NCBI GenBank assembly: GCA_010093605.1
Contig: MU004199.1
Coordinates: forward strand, 1 to 64,000
Length of the DNA stretch: 64,000 bases
Source of the DNA: Lophium mytilinum
Lineage: Eukaryota
Reading direction: 5' to 3'
Below are positions 1 to 12,294 of this stretch, piece after piece; the first letter of the stretch is position 1, and each line of letters starts with the position of its first letter. The notes below the pieces were generated by a model that saw nothing but the letters and a program-made list of their open reading frames with translations, did no database searches and was not told the DNA's origin. Both the position numbers and the translations under genes were made by a program.

Positions 1-399
1 TTCTATACTATATTATAGTAGTTACATGCAGTAGTAGTTACACTAATTTTTAAGCGCAAGGCTATTCTTATACTAAACCCTTTAAGTAATTTCTATTCTA
101 TACCTATGCACTCTATAGCCTCTCTATATCTACTTTAAGCTACTACTATAGCTTATAAATTAAATTAAAGTTAATAGAATACTATTATATTATATTTTAA
201 GTATTATTCTTTATATATATACTCTATTTTATATTATAGTAGTTAAATACAGCGGTATAAGGTTATACTGCACGTAATTCTTAAAGGTTAATTTTCTCTA
301 TATTAAACTTGCTTCTCTCTATTTAACTTTAACCCTCTAGCCCCTATAATTACTTTAATAGAAATAGACTAATTCTACTAGTTTATTTAGGGGTTTATT

Positions 400-3300
400 A
401 GACGCGTTATTAATAACCTATTAAGCGCGTTAGCTAAGCTATACTAGAAACTATAGGTATAACTAATAAGAAAGATAGAGAATATAAAGAAAGAGATAAT
501 AAAAGAGGTATATATATTATTATTATAAGAAAGAATATATACTATAGTAGCGGCAGCTATTAGAATAGAACTAGAGGCTATAGGCTATAGTAAGACTAAG
601 TAGGCCTATAGTAAGACTATAGAAAATAAATTATATATAATATAGCCTTTAGAGGTTTATAAGATTACTATCTATATTAAAAATAATAATAAGTAAGCTA
701 CTACTAGAGAAAATACTAACGCGACTATTATATAAAAGCTCTAGGCTATAGAACCTCTAGATATATCTAGAATATATAGTATTAGAAAGCTCTAGAGTAG
801 AGATATAAAGGTATATATAGCTAATAAGGCTATAAAAGTATTCTTACTAAAGAAGAAGAAATAAGTAATAGTACTAGGTAAGTTAGTATATATATAATAA
901 TCTATAGTACTTATAAAGGTATATAGAGTACCTAAAAATATAGATATAAATAGCCTAGAGTTTAAATATGCTATTATTAAGGATAGCGCGCTAACTAACT
1001 CTAGCCTTATAATTAAAAAAATTATATAGAAGAATAATAAAAGTATTAAAGTAGCTAGAAATAATTTAAACTACTATATTAGCTCTATTATTATTAGTAT
1101 CTATATAGAGCTAATAGTAGATATAGCTATTAAATAAAAACTTACTATAGATAGACACCTACTTATAGTCTTCTAGTATAAGGTAGAATTTATAGCTATA
1201 TAGTACTTTAAGTACTAAAAATATAAATATATAGCTAGGTACTATAAAAAGAATATATAGTATGCGCTATATATAGAAGAATATAATATCTAATAGTATA
1301 AAGTAATAGAACTAAAGAAGTATATAAACTATAAGAGAAACTACCTAGTATATAGTATAGAATATAGTATATAAAAAGGGGCCTAGCTATATACCTTAAT
1401 AAAGAGATAGACTATACTAACTTACTATAATACTAGAGAAATAAGCTAGAATAAATACTAGGCTTAACTAGAAGAATATATAACCTAGTCTTTATAAAGT
1501 AAAAAGAGAAAGATAAAAGATAATATACTATATAGTAGTAGTATAGAACCTAGCCCTATACTAGAGGTACTTAAAAGAGTAGTAGAAAGACCTCTATTAA
1601 ATACCTAGGTTAATATAGACCTAAAATAGCCCTCTATTAATAGTATACTATATACTATCTATAGCCCCTTATAGCCTTTCTATTTAATATAGCCTTTTAT
1701 ATAGATCTTAATTTAGTTCTTCTATTTTATAGATTAGTCTACCTATTCTATAGCTTAGCTTTTACTACCTTTACTCTTTATATAGGCTACTTAAACTATA
1801 GTATATAGAGATATTAATAGACTATTATAGCTTATATAGTAGGGCCTTATATAGGTGCCCTTCTTCTAGAAAGATAATATTAACTGCTAGCTATATAAGA
1901 AAGTAGAACGGGCTAGTATAGATATAGACGCAGATTCTATAGACCTTAATTAATAATAGAATAACCTAATAAACTTACTATTATATAGTATAATATTAAT
2001 AAAAGCTATAATACTTAAAAGGAGTTCTTTAAAAAGGTAGAGATTACCTAGCTCTAGCTACTAGTACTAGCTATATAAGAACTATAGAAAAATATTTAAG
2101 AGTATACTATACTATATATAAAATTATATTACCTACTATATAGAGAAAGCCTAAATACTAGAATATATATATATATTAATAAGTGCCTAGACTTAGGCTA
2201 GTAGACTATTAAGTACTACTCTCTAGACCTTATTACTCTTTCTCTCTAGGCTAGAGAAGAGAATATTTAAATCTATAATATCTATAACCTAAAGCTATAT
2301 AGAATTATAGCTATATTACTTTCTATACTATATAAAAAAGTAGAGTATATACTTATATATAATATAAACCTATACTACCTATTCTAGAAAGAAATATAAA
2401 TAGTTAGTATAGAAGAATAGGCGGAGAAGCTTATCTATATTACTATAGAAGCGGGCATAAACCTAGCTATAGAGAAAGGTATAGAAATATAGATAAGAGA
2501 AATATTATAGACTATAATTAATCTTATATTTATAACTAGATAGCTTATAGAATAAATAATATTCTATATAGTTTAAAAGAAATAAAACTATTACTTNNNN
2601 NNNNNNNNNNNNNNNNNNNNNNNNNNNNNNNNNNNNNNNNNNNNNNNNNNNNNNNNNNNNNNNNNNNNNNNNNNNNNNNNNNNNNNNNNNNNNNNNNNNN
2701 NNNNNNNNNNNNNNNNNNNNNNNNNNNNNNNNNNNNNNNNNNNNNNNNNNNNNNNNNNNNNNNNNNNNNNNNNNNNNNNNNNNNNNNNNNNNNNNNNNNN
2801 NNNNNNNNNNNNNNNNNNNNNNNNNNNNNNNNNNNNNNNNNNNNNNNNNNNNNNNNNNNNNNNNNNNNNNNNNNNNNNNNNNNNNNNNNNNNNNNNNNNN
2901 NNNNNNNNNNNNNNNNNNNNNNNNNNNNNNNNNNNNNNNNNNNNNNNNNNNNNNNNNNNNNNNNNNNNNNNNNNNNNNNNNNNNNNNNNNNNNNNNNNNN
3001 NNNNNNNNNNNNNNNNNNNNNNNNNNNNNNNNNNNNNNNNNNNNNNNNNNNNNNNNNNNNNNNNNNNNNNNNNNNNNNNNNNNNNNNNNNNNNNNNNNNN
3101 NNNNNNNNNNNNNNNNNNNNNNNNNNNNNNNNNNNNNNNNNNNNNNNNNNNNNNNNNNNNNNNNNNNNNNNNNNNNNNNNNNNNNNNNNNNNNNNNNNNN
3201 NNNNNNNNNNNNNNNNNNNNNNNNNNNNNNNNNNNNNNNNNNNNNNNNNNNAAGTATATAAACTATAAGAGAAACTACCTAGTATATAGTATAGAATATA

Positions 3301-6300
3301 GTATATAAAAAGGGGCCTAGCTATATACCTTAATAAAGAGATAGACTATACTAACTTACTATAATACTAGAGAAATAAGCTAGAATAAATACTAGGCTTA
3401 ACTAGAAGAATATATAACCTAGTCTTTATAAAGTAAAAAGAGAAAGATAAAAGATAATATACTATATAGTAGTAGTATAGAACCTAGCCCTATACTAGAG
3501 GTACTTAAAAGAGTAGTAGAAAGACCTCTATTAAATACCTAGGTTAATATAGACCTAAAATAGCCCTCTATTAATAGTATACTATATACTATCTATAGCC
3601 CCTTATAGCCTTTCTATTTAATATAGCCTTTTATATAGATCTTAATTTAGTTCTTCTATTTTATAGATTAGTCTACCTATTCTATAGCTTAGCTTTTACT
3701 ACCTTTACTCTTTATATAGGCTACTTAAACTATAGTATATAGAGATATTAATAGACTATTATAGCTTATATAGTAGGGCCTTATATAGGTGCCCTTCTTC
3801 TAGAAAGATAATATTAACTGCTAGCTATATAAGAAAGTAGAACGGGCTAGTATAGATATAGACGCAGATTCTATAGACCTTAATTAATAATAGAATAACC
3901 TAATAAACTTACTATTATATAGTATAATATTAATAAAAGCTATAATACTTAAAAGGAGTTCTTTAAAAAGGTAGAGATTACCTAGCTCTAGCTACTAGTA
4001 CTAGCTATATAAGAACTATAGAAAAATATTTAAGAGTATACTATACTATATATAAAATTATATTACCTACTATATAGAGAAAGCCTAAATACTAGAATAT
4101 ATATATATATTAATAAGTGCCTAGACTTAGGCTAGTAGACTATTAAGTACTACTCTCTAGACCTTATTACTCTTTCTCTCTAGGCTAGAGAAGAGAATAT
4201 TTAAATCTATAATATCTATAACCTAAAGCTATATAGAATTATAGCTATATTACTTTCTATACTATATAAAAAAGTAGAGTATATACTTATATATAATATA
4301 AACCTATACTACCTATTCTAGAAAGAAATATAAATAGTTAGTATAGAAGAATAGGCGGAGAAGCTTATCTATATTACTATAGAAGCGGGCATAAACCTAG
4401 CTATAGAGAAAGGTATAGAAATATAGATAAGAGAAATATTATAGACTATAATTAATCTTATATTTATAACTAGATAGCTTATAGAATAAATAATATTCTA
4501 TATAGTTTAAAAGAAATAAAACTATTACTTAGATTACTACTTTATATATATAGAATTTAATATTATACTACTAATAGTAATTAAATAGCTCTAACGCTAA
4601 CTATAGAAAAACGTTATATAGAAGAATATATAGAAGCACCTAGTAGCCTAACTACTTAAGCTAGAAAACTAGAATAACCCCCTAGATAATAAAGAAGAAG
4701 AAGACCTAGATAATTTTATATATATTTTCTACTAACTTATTAAAATTACTATTAATACTATAGTACTAATAGTATAGCCCTTATAATATATATTACTATT
4801 CTAGACTAAGAAGTACTTAAAGAAGGTATATAAGACTAGGTAAGTATATAGAATATAGTACTTATTATACTCTATAGAGAACTAAATTTTATACTAAGTT
4901 TAATATAACTATAAGAAAAGAGCTATATAGAAAGAAAGTACTAAGGTATAGTACTATATAGTAGAAAAGGTAATAAATAACTCTAAAGAAGTATAGAAAC
5001 TAGCTAAATAGGGCCGTATAGTTAGAAAGAAATTAAGGCCCCCTTTTTAATTTTCTTCTCTTTCTTAGCTAGGTAACTTTACTCTATATATAGATAATAA
5101 GATAAAAGTATATATACTTACTAAATAGTTCTTTCTACTACTAGTAGAAGCTAACCTATTTAATCTAGAAGGGTTTTAATACCTAGAACTATATACTACC
5201 TTTATAGAAGTTACTATAGAAGATATACTCTTAGTACTAATAGAAATTATACTAGATAAGGCCTCTAGAATTATAGGAATTATAAATAGATTCCTAAAGA
5301 AGTATAAGATATAACTAGTACTAGTACTTATCTACTTCTTTATAAAGTGCCTATATAGAGAATACTACCTCTACCTATTTAAAGAATTAATTATAGTAGT
5401 TCTATATAAACTCTAGAAAGTATTTTATATAATAGTAAAGACCTATAGGCCTATTATACTACTAGAAATAATAGATAAGCTATTTAAACGCATTATAGCT
5501 AAGAGGCTCTCTAAGATAGTAGAGAAAAAGAGTATACTACTATTTAGCTAAATAGGGGTATAGCTAGAATACTCTATATAGATAGTACTTAAACTTCTTA
5601 TAGAATAGATCTATACTATATAGAAAGAAAACCTATAGCTTATAGTATTACTTCTTAGCTTAAATATATTAGGCGCTTTTAATTAAGTATTATATAAATA
5701 AATAATATATAACCTATAGGTCTAGAAAGTACTAGAATAGATAATAAGATTTACTAGGTTCTTTCTATAGAACTATACTACTAGACTATCTATAGGAAAC
5801 TATATAGTAGAACTAATTATAGTTACTATAGATATTCTATAGGGCTCTTTTCTATTACCTATTCTTTTTCTCTTCTTTACTAGTATACTACTACTAACTC
5901 TTTAGAATAGTAATATAATAGTATATAGATTTATAGATAATATAAATATTCTTATATATAGTAGAACTATAGAGGTAAACTATAAAGCTAATTAAGAGGG
6001 CCTATAATAGATATATAGACTAGGTAAGAAAATATAGTATTATATTTATACTAGATAAATACTATTTAATATACTTTATAAGAGCCTATATAAAAATTAA
6101 TCTAAAGGCTATAGTTAATATATAGGGCTTTAAGAAAGGCCCTATTAAAAACCTATAAGTACTAGAAGTATAAGTAGATTCTAAGCTAAAGTAGGGCCTA
6201 TATATAAGTATAATAAAGAATAAAGCTATAACCTAGATAGGGGCACTTACTAGGCTTATAGTATCTACTTAGAGTATAAGCTTTAGAAAGGTATACCTAA

Positions 6301-6640
6301 TATACTTAGTAGTAATTTAGCCTACTATTATATATAGATGTACTATCTAGTATACTATACTAGGTATACTAGAGTAGCTTAGTAAAATAAAGGTTAAGTA
6401 GCTTAAAATAGCCTAAAACTACTATCTCTAAAGAATCTTAGGGGTATATAAGACTATAAATACTAAGATACTAGAGTATAAAATATTATGCCCTCTACTT
6501 CTATTAAAACTAGAGGAACTTATAGTAGCTTATGCGGACTATACGCGTAAGAAGCTAGTATATAAGTATATTAAAATAGTATATAGTAATATATAAAGAG
6601 AAATCTATACTAACTATAAGCTACTTATAAGGCTAAAGTT
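400..6640 (+). mobile_element. RIP-inactivated non-LTR retrotransposon (Tad1-like LINE): ORF1 gag-like zinc knuckles, ORF2 APE endonuclease plus reverse transcriptase
   Basis: Reversing C>T/G>A by eye recovers CFKCQKYGHIARHC and further Cys/His knuckles at ~1200-1370. Endonuclease motifs QYNVNKS and LAIQEPW appear at ~1980-2090 (repeated at ~3915-4025). RT motifs are YRPIxLL (~5440), LSLDMSGAFD (~5650), GIPQGSPLSPILF (~5830) and GF(V)DD (~5930). Ends are approximate. Confidence 0.88.
2597..3251. other. Assembly gap (655 N) flanked by an exact 1279-bp duplication (1318-2596 = 3252-4530), probably unmerged contig overlap
   Basis: Sequence after the gap restarts at aagtatataaactataagagaaac, as at 1318, and matches up to aataaaactattactt. 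No differences were seen by eye. Confidence 0.85.
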
Positions 6641-7880
6641 TTTAAATTTTATATTATTATAGTTCTATATAGTACTAGTTAAGGTCTTTATTAAGTATAA
6701 ACTAGTATTATACTAAACTCTTTAAGTAACTTCTATTATTTAAAATCTTATCTCTATATATAACTACTACTACTACTATAGCCTATATATTAATTTTAAG
6801 TTAATAGATTACTATTATATTATATATTATATATAATTCTTTATATATTTCTTCTATACTATATTATAGTAGTTATATATAGTAATAGTTATACTAATTA
6901 TTAACTATAAAGCTATTCTTATACTAAACTCTTTAAGTAATTTCTATTCTATANNNNNNNNNNNNNNNNNNNNNNNNNNNNNNNNNNNNNNNNNNNNNNN
7001 NNNNNNNNNNNNNNNNNNNNNNNNNNNNNNNNNNNNNNNNNNNNNNNNNNNNNNNNNNNNNNNNNNNNNNNNNNNNNNNNNNNNNNNNNNNNNNNNNNNN
7101 NNNNNNNNNNNNNNNNNNNNNNNNNNNNNNNNNNNNNNNNNNNNNNNNNNNNNNNNNNNNNNNNNNNNNNNNNNNNNNNNNNNNNNNNNNNNNNNNNNNN
7201 NNNNNNNNNNNNNNNNNNNNNNNNNNNNNNNNNNNNNNNNNNNNNNNNNNNNNNNNNNNNNNNNNNNNNNNNNNNNNNNNNNNNNNNNNNNNNNNNNNNN
7301 NNNNNNNNNNNNNNNNNNNNNNNNNNNNNNNNNNNNNNNNNNNNNNNNNNNNNNNNNNNNNNNNNNNNNNNNNNNNNNNNNNNNNNNNNNNNNNNNNNNN
7401 NNNNNNNNNNNNNNNNNNNNNNNNNNNNNNNNNNNNNNNNNNNNNNNNNNNNNNNNNNNNNNNNNNNNNNNNNNNNNNNNNNNNNNNNNNNNNNNNNNNN
7501 NNNNNNNNNNNNNNNNNNNNNNNNNNNNNNNNNNNNNNNNNNNNNNNNNNNNNNNNNNNNNNNNNNNNNNNNNNNNNNNNNNNNNNNNNNNNNNNNNNNN
7601 NNNNNNNNGCCCTATATACTAGTATACCTACTAATAAAATAATTAGAATAGGCCTATATTTTAATTAATCTTATATATTAGCTACTACTAATATCTAGAA
7701 TATTATTCTAAGTTAATAAATTACTATTATAAGTAATATTATATACTATTCTTTATATACTTCTAATATTCTATAATATAGTAGTTAAAAGTAGTAGTAT
7801 AAAGTACTATAGAAGCTAATCTTTAAAAGTTAATTTTCTTTATATTATACTTACTTCTTCTATTTAACTCTAATCTACTA
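6640..7880. repeat. RIP-degraded ~210-220 bp tandem repeat family, also present at 1-345
   Basis: The motifs tactaaac(c/t)ctttaagtaa (71, 6711, 6922), aagttaata..tactattata (167, 6797, 7710) and tatagtagtta recur. 6852-6953 aligns with 1-102. Confidence 0.75.
6954..7608. other. Assembly gap (655 N)
   Basis: N run of the same length as the first gap, so the size is probably nominal. Confidence 0.95.
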
Positions 7881-8429
7881 TATTTTATATTAGTAAAGAA
7901 ACTAAACTAGAGCTATTTAAACTAAAGCTAAATAGAGAAATTTAAAAAAAGTATTAAATTAAACTAAGTTTCTATTTAGACTATATAAATTAGAAACCTT
8001 AAATAATTTAAATACTTTAATAGTTTTATATAGATATATAAATATATATATAGTAATAAGATTTTAAAAATACTTTAACTAGTTAGTAGAGTAATAGTTA
8101 TATAATTATTATATAACTATTATATAACTTTATACTTTATACTCTATTTAGATATATTCTCTAGTATATTAGTATTAGATTTTTTTTTCTAAAATAAAGT
8201 ATTTAAAAGTAGATAGTTTAAAAAGTTATTATAGAGACTATTAAATAGTATTACTAAGCTTTTATTAAAAAACTTATAGTACTAAACTATTTTAAAAAAC
8301 TACTAGCTATTTTAGATAACTTTTAGCTCTATATAGATAATCTAGAAGTACTAGAAGCTCTATAGTAATTTCTATAGATAGAGTAGATTTAAGATAAAAT
8401 CTACTCTACTCTAGTCTAGTTTTATTACT

Positions 8430-9873
8430 GCGGCAGGAGCATAGTAAATGCCTCGCAGTTAGTGTGGAAAGAGAGAGAATTACTTTCAAATCACGCTTTC
8501 CAGCCAAAATCCCGCCTGGAGGTTGTGAACGATCCAAATATTTGCGAGGTCGGCCAGGAGGACATCATCATTCGAGGGATCAAAAAGAGCTTTGTAGAAG
8601 AAGGCGGCCTTAGAGGTGCCGAGATCATCGGGGAGAATATGACTGCAGTTATTCCAATGGGCGCCTCGTGTGCGTTGGCGAGTCCACCTGCGAGTCGCAA
8701 GTGGCACAGGCAAAGAAGGACAGCACCCCGGCTATGGATTTGCGAATTGGTTACCTGCTGCCTGTAAGTAGGCTCTCGTACTGGCTCATCCCTTGTCACT
8801 GACACATCGTGAAGAGACTTACTATTGCGACACGTCAACATGGTCTAGCGGAAATGCGTCAAGAGCCATCAACTACTGATGGCATGTCCCGAGGCAACGA
8901 TTGGGCGCAACCATCTTCCAGCGCACTCGGCATTCGATTTGGCGGAATCCACCTAGAAAGAGCCTATCTGGGTGGACTCACCCGCATAATTACTCCACCT
9001 TTATCCGAAAGCTTTTTCCACGGACTCAGCACATGCTTCCGTTTAGGAGCAACAGACTGTGAGATTGCCTATGGTCTTGTCGGTACAACATTCCACTGAC
9101 CAGAACATACCAGTACTAGACGACAACGCCATCATCTCAGACCAAGCCGCCCTGCACTTTACCATCGGACATGATGCAAAACGTAAGCTAGTTCGCAACC
9201 CCTTCCGTGAATCATGGCATATTGACTGCTCGAATCCTTCGCAGAGCCCGAAACCCCAACTATAACCTCTCAAATCAACTTACTCCAACAGCTACTAACG
9301 ACTCGGAAATCTCTCCATTCCATCTACAGTCTAACCGCCTCCGGCGCTCTCCCAGTGATAGTTCACACCGACAACCGCGACACCATTGGCTCCCTCATCC
9401 ACCTTAAACGCACCACTCTCAACGTCACCAATCTCATGATCATGGGCGGCTCCGAAGCGCACCTTGTTGCCCATGGCCTTGCCTCTGCCAACATTCCCAT
9501 CATCCTCGGCTCCTGGTCCTGCGTGCCGCTATTCTGGGAATCTCGGCAATGTCTTCCAGGTCCGCCTCTGACGGACCAACTCGGAGCGCAGATCTTAATG
9601 GACGCGGGTGTGAAGGTCGCCTTGTCGAATTGGGATGATACGAACGAACAATCACGTGCGAACCTCTTTTTGGGAGGCTGCATGGATTGCAGGGCCCGGA
9701 AACGAAAGCCTGGCGCTCGATCTCGTGAGTGTGAATCTGGAGGGATGCTGGGACTGCCGAAGATGCCGGACATGGTCTTGTATGAGGGGACTCCGTTCGA
9801 GTTTAGCGCGAGCGTGGCGCTAGTATTTGAAAGTGGCAGTGTGAGGAGATGTTGGCCTGGGCCGGATGAGTAG
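8430..9873 (+). pseudogene. Amidohydrolase-family (metal-dependent hydrolase) pseudogene, 3' half
   Basis: Spliced reconstruction (introns at ~8764, ~9059, ~9183) gives ...HGLAEMRQEPSTTDG...AALHFTIG...LPVIVHTDNRDTIGSLIHLK...IMGGSEAHLVAHGLASANIPIIL...YEGTPFEF...RCWP. Frameshifts at ~8654, ~9645 (+4) and ~9745 (-1). The 5' part runs into the RIP block. Confidence 0.75.
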
Positions 9874-10230
9874 AGATATGTGTATGGATGCTAAGAAAGG
9901 ATCGAGCACCTTAGAAGTAACAGCATCATACATGCAAAGTCTGAGCACAAGACTGGACAAAGCTCTCCTTGTCTCCAAATACTTGAGAGTGAACCAGTTC
10001 CGCATACTTCAGCGCTGCTAGCAAGAGGTGGCGTCGTCAGAGAGCGTAGCAGGCCTGAAGCTGGCAGCAAAATTTCCATAACAACTCTAGGCTGCCAAAA
10101 GGAAAGCAAGGGGTGCTTGCAGTATTAGAAATACCTTCCCTCTATAGTCCTGGTGGGGTAAGATACAAAAAATGGTCCGACCCCAATACGACCCAGTCCC
10201 ATCCCAATGCTCCCATACGCAACCAGGGTC

Positions 10231-10870
10231 TCAGATTCGCTGACAACCATGGGAATATTCGTCTTCCAGCACCCGCTGGGGCCACTCAAGCTGTGCGTGG
10301 AGATCCAAATCTGCCTTTGAGCAAATATCGAGGACTTCACGAATAAAAGCCCTGCCCATGTCATCAATCCACCACAGGTCCTCCATCATGACTAGGAGCA
10401 TAAGCCAGTGCGCATATATGGCAAGCGCAATGGGGAAGCCTCCCGCAAGTTTATCAATAAAGTCTTTGGAGATTTCGCATGGCCAGACACACACGTTGCA
10501 CGAAATAAGCCAGGCTTCTTTGGCGAGCAAACATACGACGTGACTTCATCTAAGGTATTGATTGCGGAAAGCAGATCGCTCGACTGCTGTTCGCCAAGAG
10601 AGGGCCAGTTCTCATACACTGCGGTTTGTAGAGTGGCAATGCGTACTTTGCGGAACTTCCCAAGGAATTTTATGAAAGAAGAACCGCTGCCCACTGCAAA
10701 TGGAGGAGATTCGTATGCGCGAGTCTTTTATTGTGCTTCAAAACCCATATCCTTTGTGAGCACTTCACCAATCGCATAACAGACTCGACAACTGTATCAT
10801 AGAAGATTTTCACTCCTCTAAGCAGCCGAAGCCATGTCCACGTTTCGCTATCAGCAAGAGTCATGCCTCC
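10231..10870 (-). pseudogene. C-terminal fragment of a UPC2-like Zn2Cys6 transcription factor
   Basis: WTWLRLLRGVK (~10830) followed by WPCEISKDFIDKL..FPIALAIYAHWLMLL...WWIDDMG...LEWPQRVL matches the C-terminal pattern of this family. It is split over three frames, with one shift at a GT dinucleotide run (~10487-10494). No zinc cluster or start codon remains. Confidence 0.7.
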
Positions 10871-10879
10871 CCTCGTACA

Positions 10880-11884
10880 GACCTTATAATCCGGAATATC
10901 ACAATTTCTGGCACCTACGACACTAGTGCCAAACTCTGTATTCCACCACATGGATGCAAGAAAACGAATCTGCAGGTTGGCACCCATGGATTAGTTTTCG
11001 ACAAACGTTACTGGGACGCTACTATTGACCCATCAGAGTACTCCTATGTCGAAGCCGCTGTGACCGCGGGTTACAGTATCCTGACTTACGACCGCCTCGG
11101 CACCGGATTGTCAGAGAAACCTGATGCATACATGGTCGTGCAAGCTCCGCTGGAACTCGATATCCTGCGCGGTCTCACGGAGATGGCCCGTAGTGGGGAG
11201 CTCCTTCAGCATGCTAAGAGCGCCAATCAAAGTGCACACTCAACAACGAATCTTGGAGATACGAGTGTGGCGTTCGAGGAAATCATTCATGTCAAGCATA
11301 GCTTTGGCAGCTTCTTGACCACATCTTTGACCAACACATACGGCAGTATTTCAGATGCCGCTGTTTTCACAGGCTACGTCCTGAACCCATAATTGGTCGA
11401 CTTGACGATGAGCTCCTGGGGGCTCACATACGCTCGCGAAAGCGATCCTGCGCTTTTCGGCGACCGTAGAAGTGGTTACATGGTAGAGGGAACTGTATCT
11501 GCTCTTCAATTTGGATTTTTCTCAAGCCAAACGAACACTACATCGGGAATTGGAGGGTTTGACCCGAAGGTGCTAGACCCTGCGTTCTCAATACGGCAGA
11601 CTATCACCACGAGCGAAGTGGTCTCAGGGAGCGCGCTGAACCTTGGTCCATCACCGAACTACAAGGGGCCAGTGCAGTTCATGCTAGCGCAGTATGACCA
11701 CCTCGTCTGTGATGACGATTGCAATGGTGCTTACAACGCAACACTTGTGAACGGAATTTTTCCCAAGGCCAAGGACGTTGACTTCTTCATTCAAAATGGC
11801 ACTGGCCATGCTTTGACTTTGCATCGGAAAGCGAACCTGGGATACAAAGCAACCTTTGATTGGCTGAACAAAAATGGGCGGTGA
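10880..11884 (+). pseudogene. 5'-truncated fungal alpha/beta-hydrolase with in-frame stop
   Basis: One frame reads NITISGTYDTSAKLCIP..QVGTHGLVFDKRYWD..YSYVEAAV.AGYSILTYDRLGTGLS..HVKHSFGS..GTGHALTLH. There is a TAA at 11390-11392, the GHSFG nucleophile motif is altered to KHSFG, and no start or signal peptide is present. Confidence 0.8.
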
Positions 11885-12294
11885 GAGGAATTGAAAGCGG
11901 CTGGTACATGTTACCAACTCGAGGGGTTCTTGAGGAAGTAGGATGCAACGGAGGAGGTAGATAAGATTTTATAGATTCTCTTCCTCGTTCAACTACAGGT
12001 ATAATTGCATAACCTTGGAACTAGAAGACTGTAGTTGGCGCTAATCCGCATTCTTTCTGCCACGTGATTCTCACAATGTTTAACAGCTTCGATCTTATAA
12101 TACAACAAGTATAGCGTAGTATAGAGCGCCTCTTAATGCTTCAGAAGTTATCTCCCTCCCGGAATTCCTACCTAATACATTAGCTTAAAACTCACGTGAC
12201 CTTTTGGAAACAACCTCGGGACGATTTTTCGCGCCCCCAAAACACCTATAACTATGACAGCGCTGACTCTCTCGTCACACCTACACGCATCAGC

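Larger units (their letters stand above)
1..8430. repeat. AT-rich RIP-degraded repeat block
   Basis: Strong TpA excess with near absence of CpA/TpG. No ORF in the track before 8462. Abrupt return to normal GC at ~8430. Confidence 0.95.

Noticed and set aside
1318..4530. 1279-bp direct repeat as LTRs or a real tandem duplication
   Set aside because: The copies look identical despite heavy RIP, abut an N gap, and cover internal LINE ORF1/ORF2 sequence. An unmerged contig overlap explains this best.
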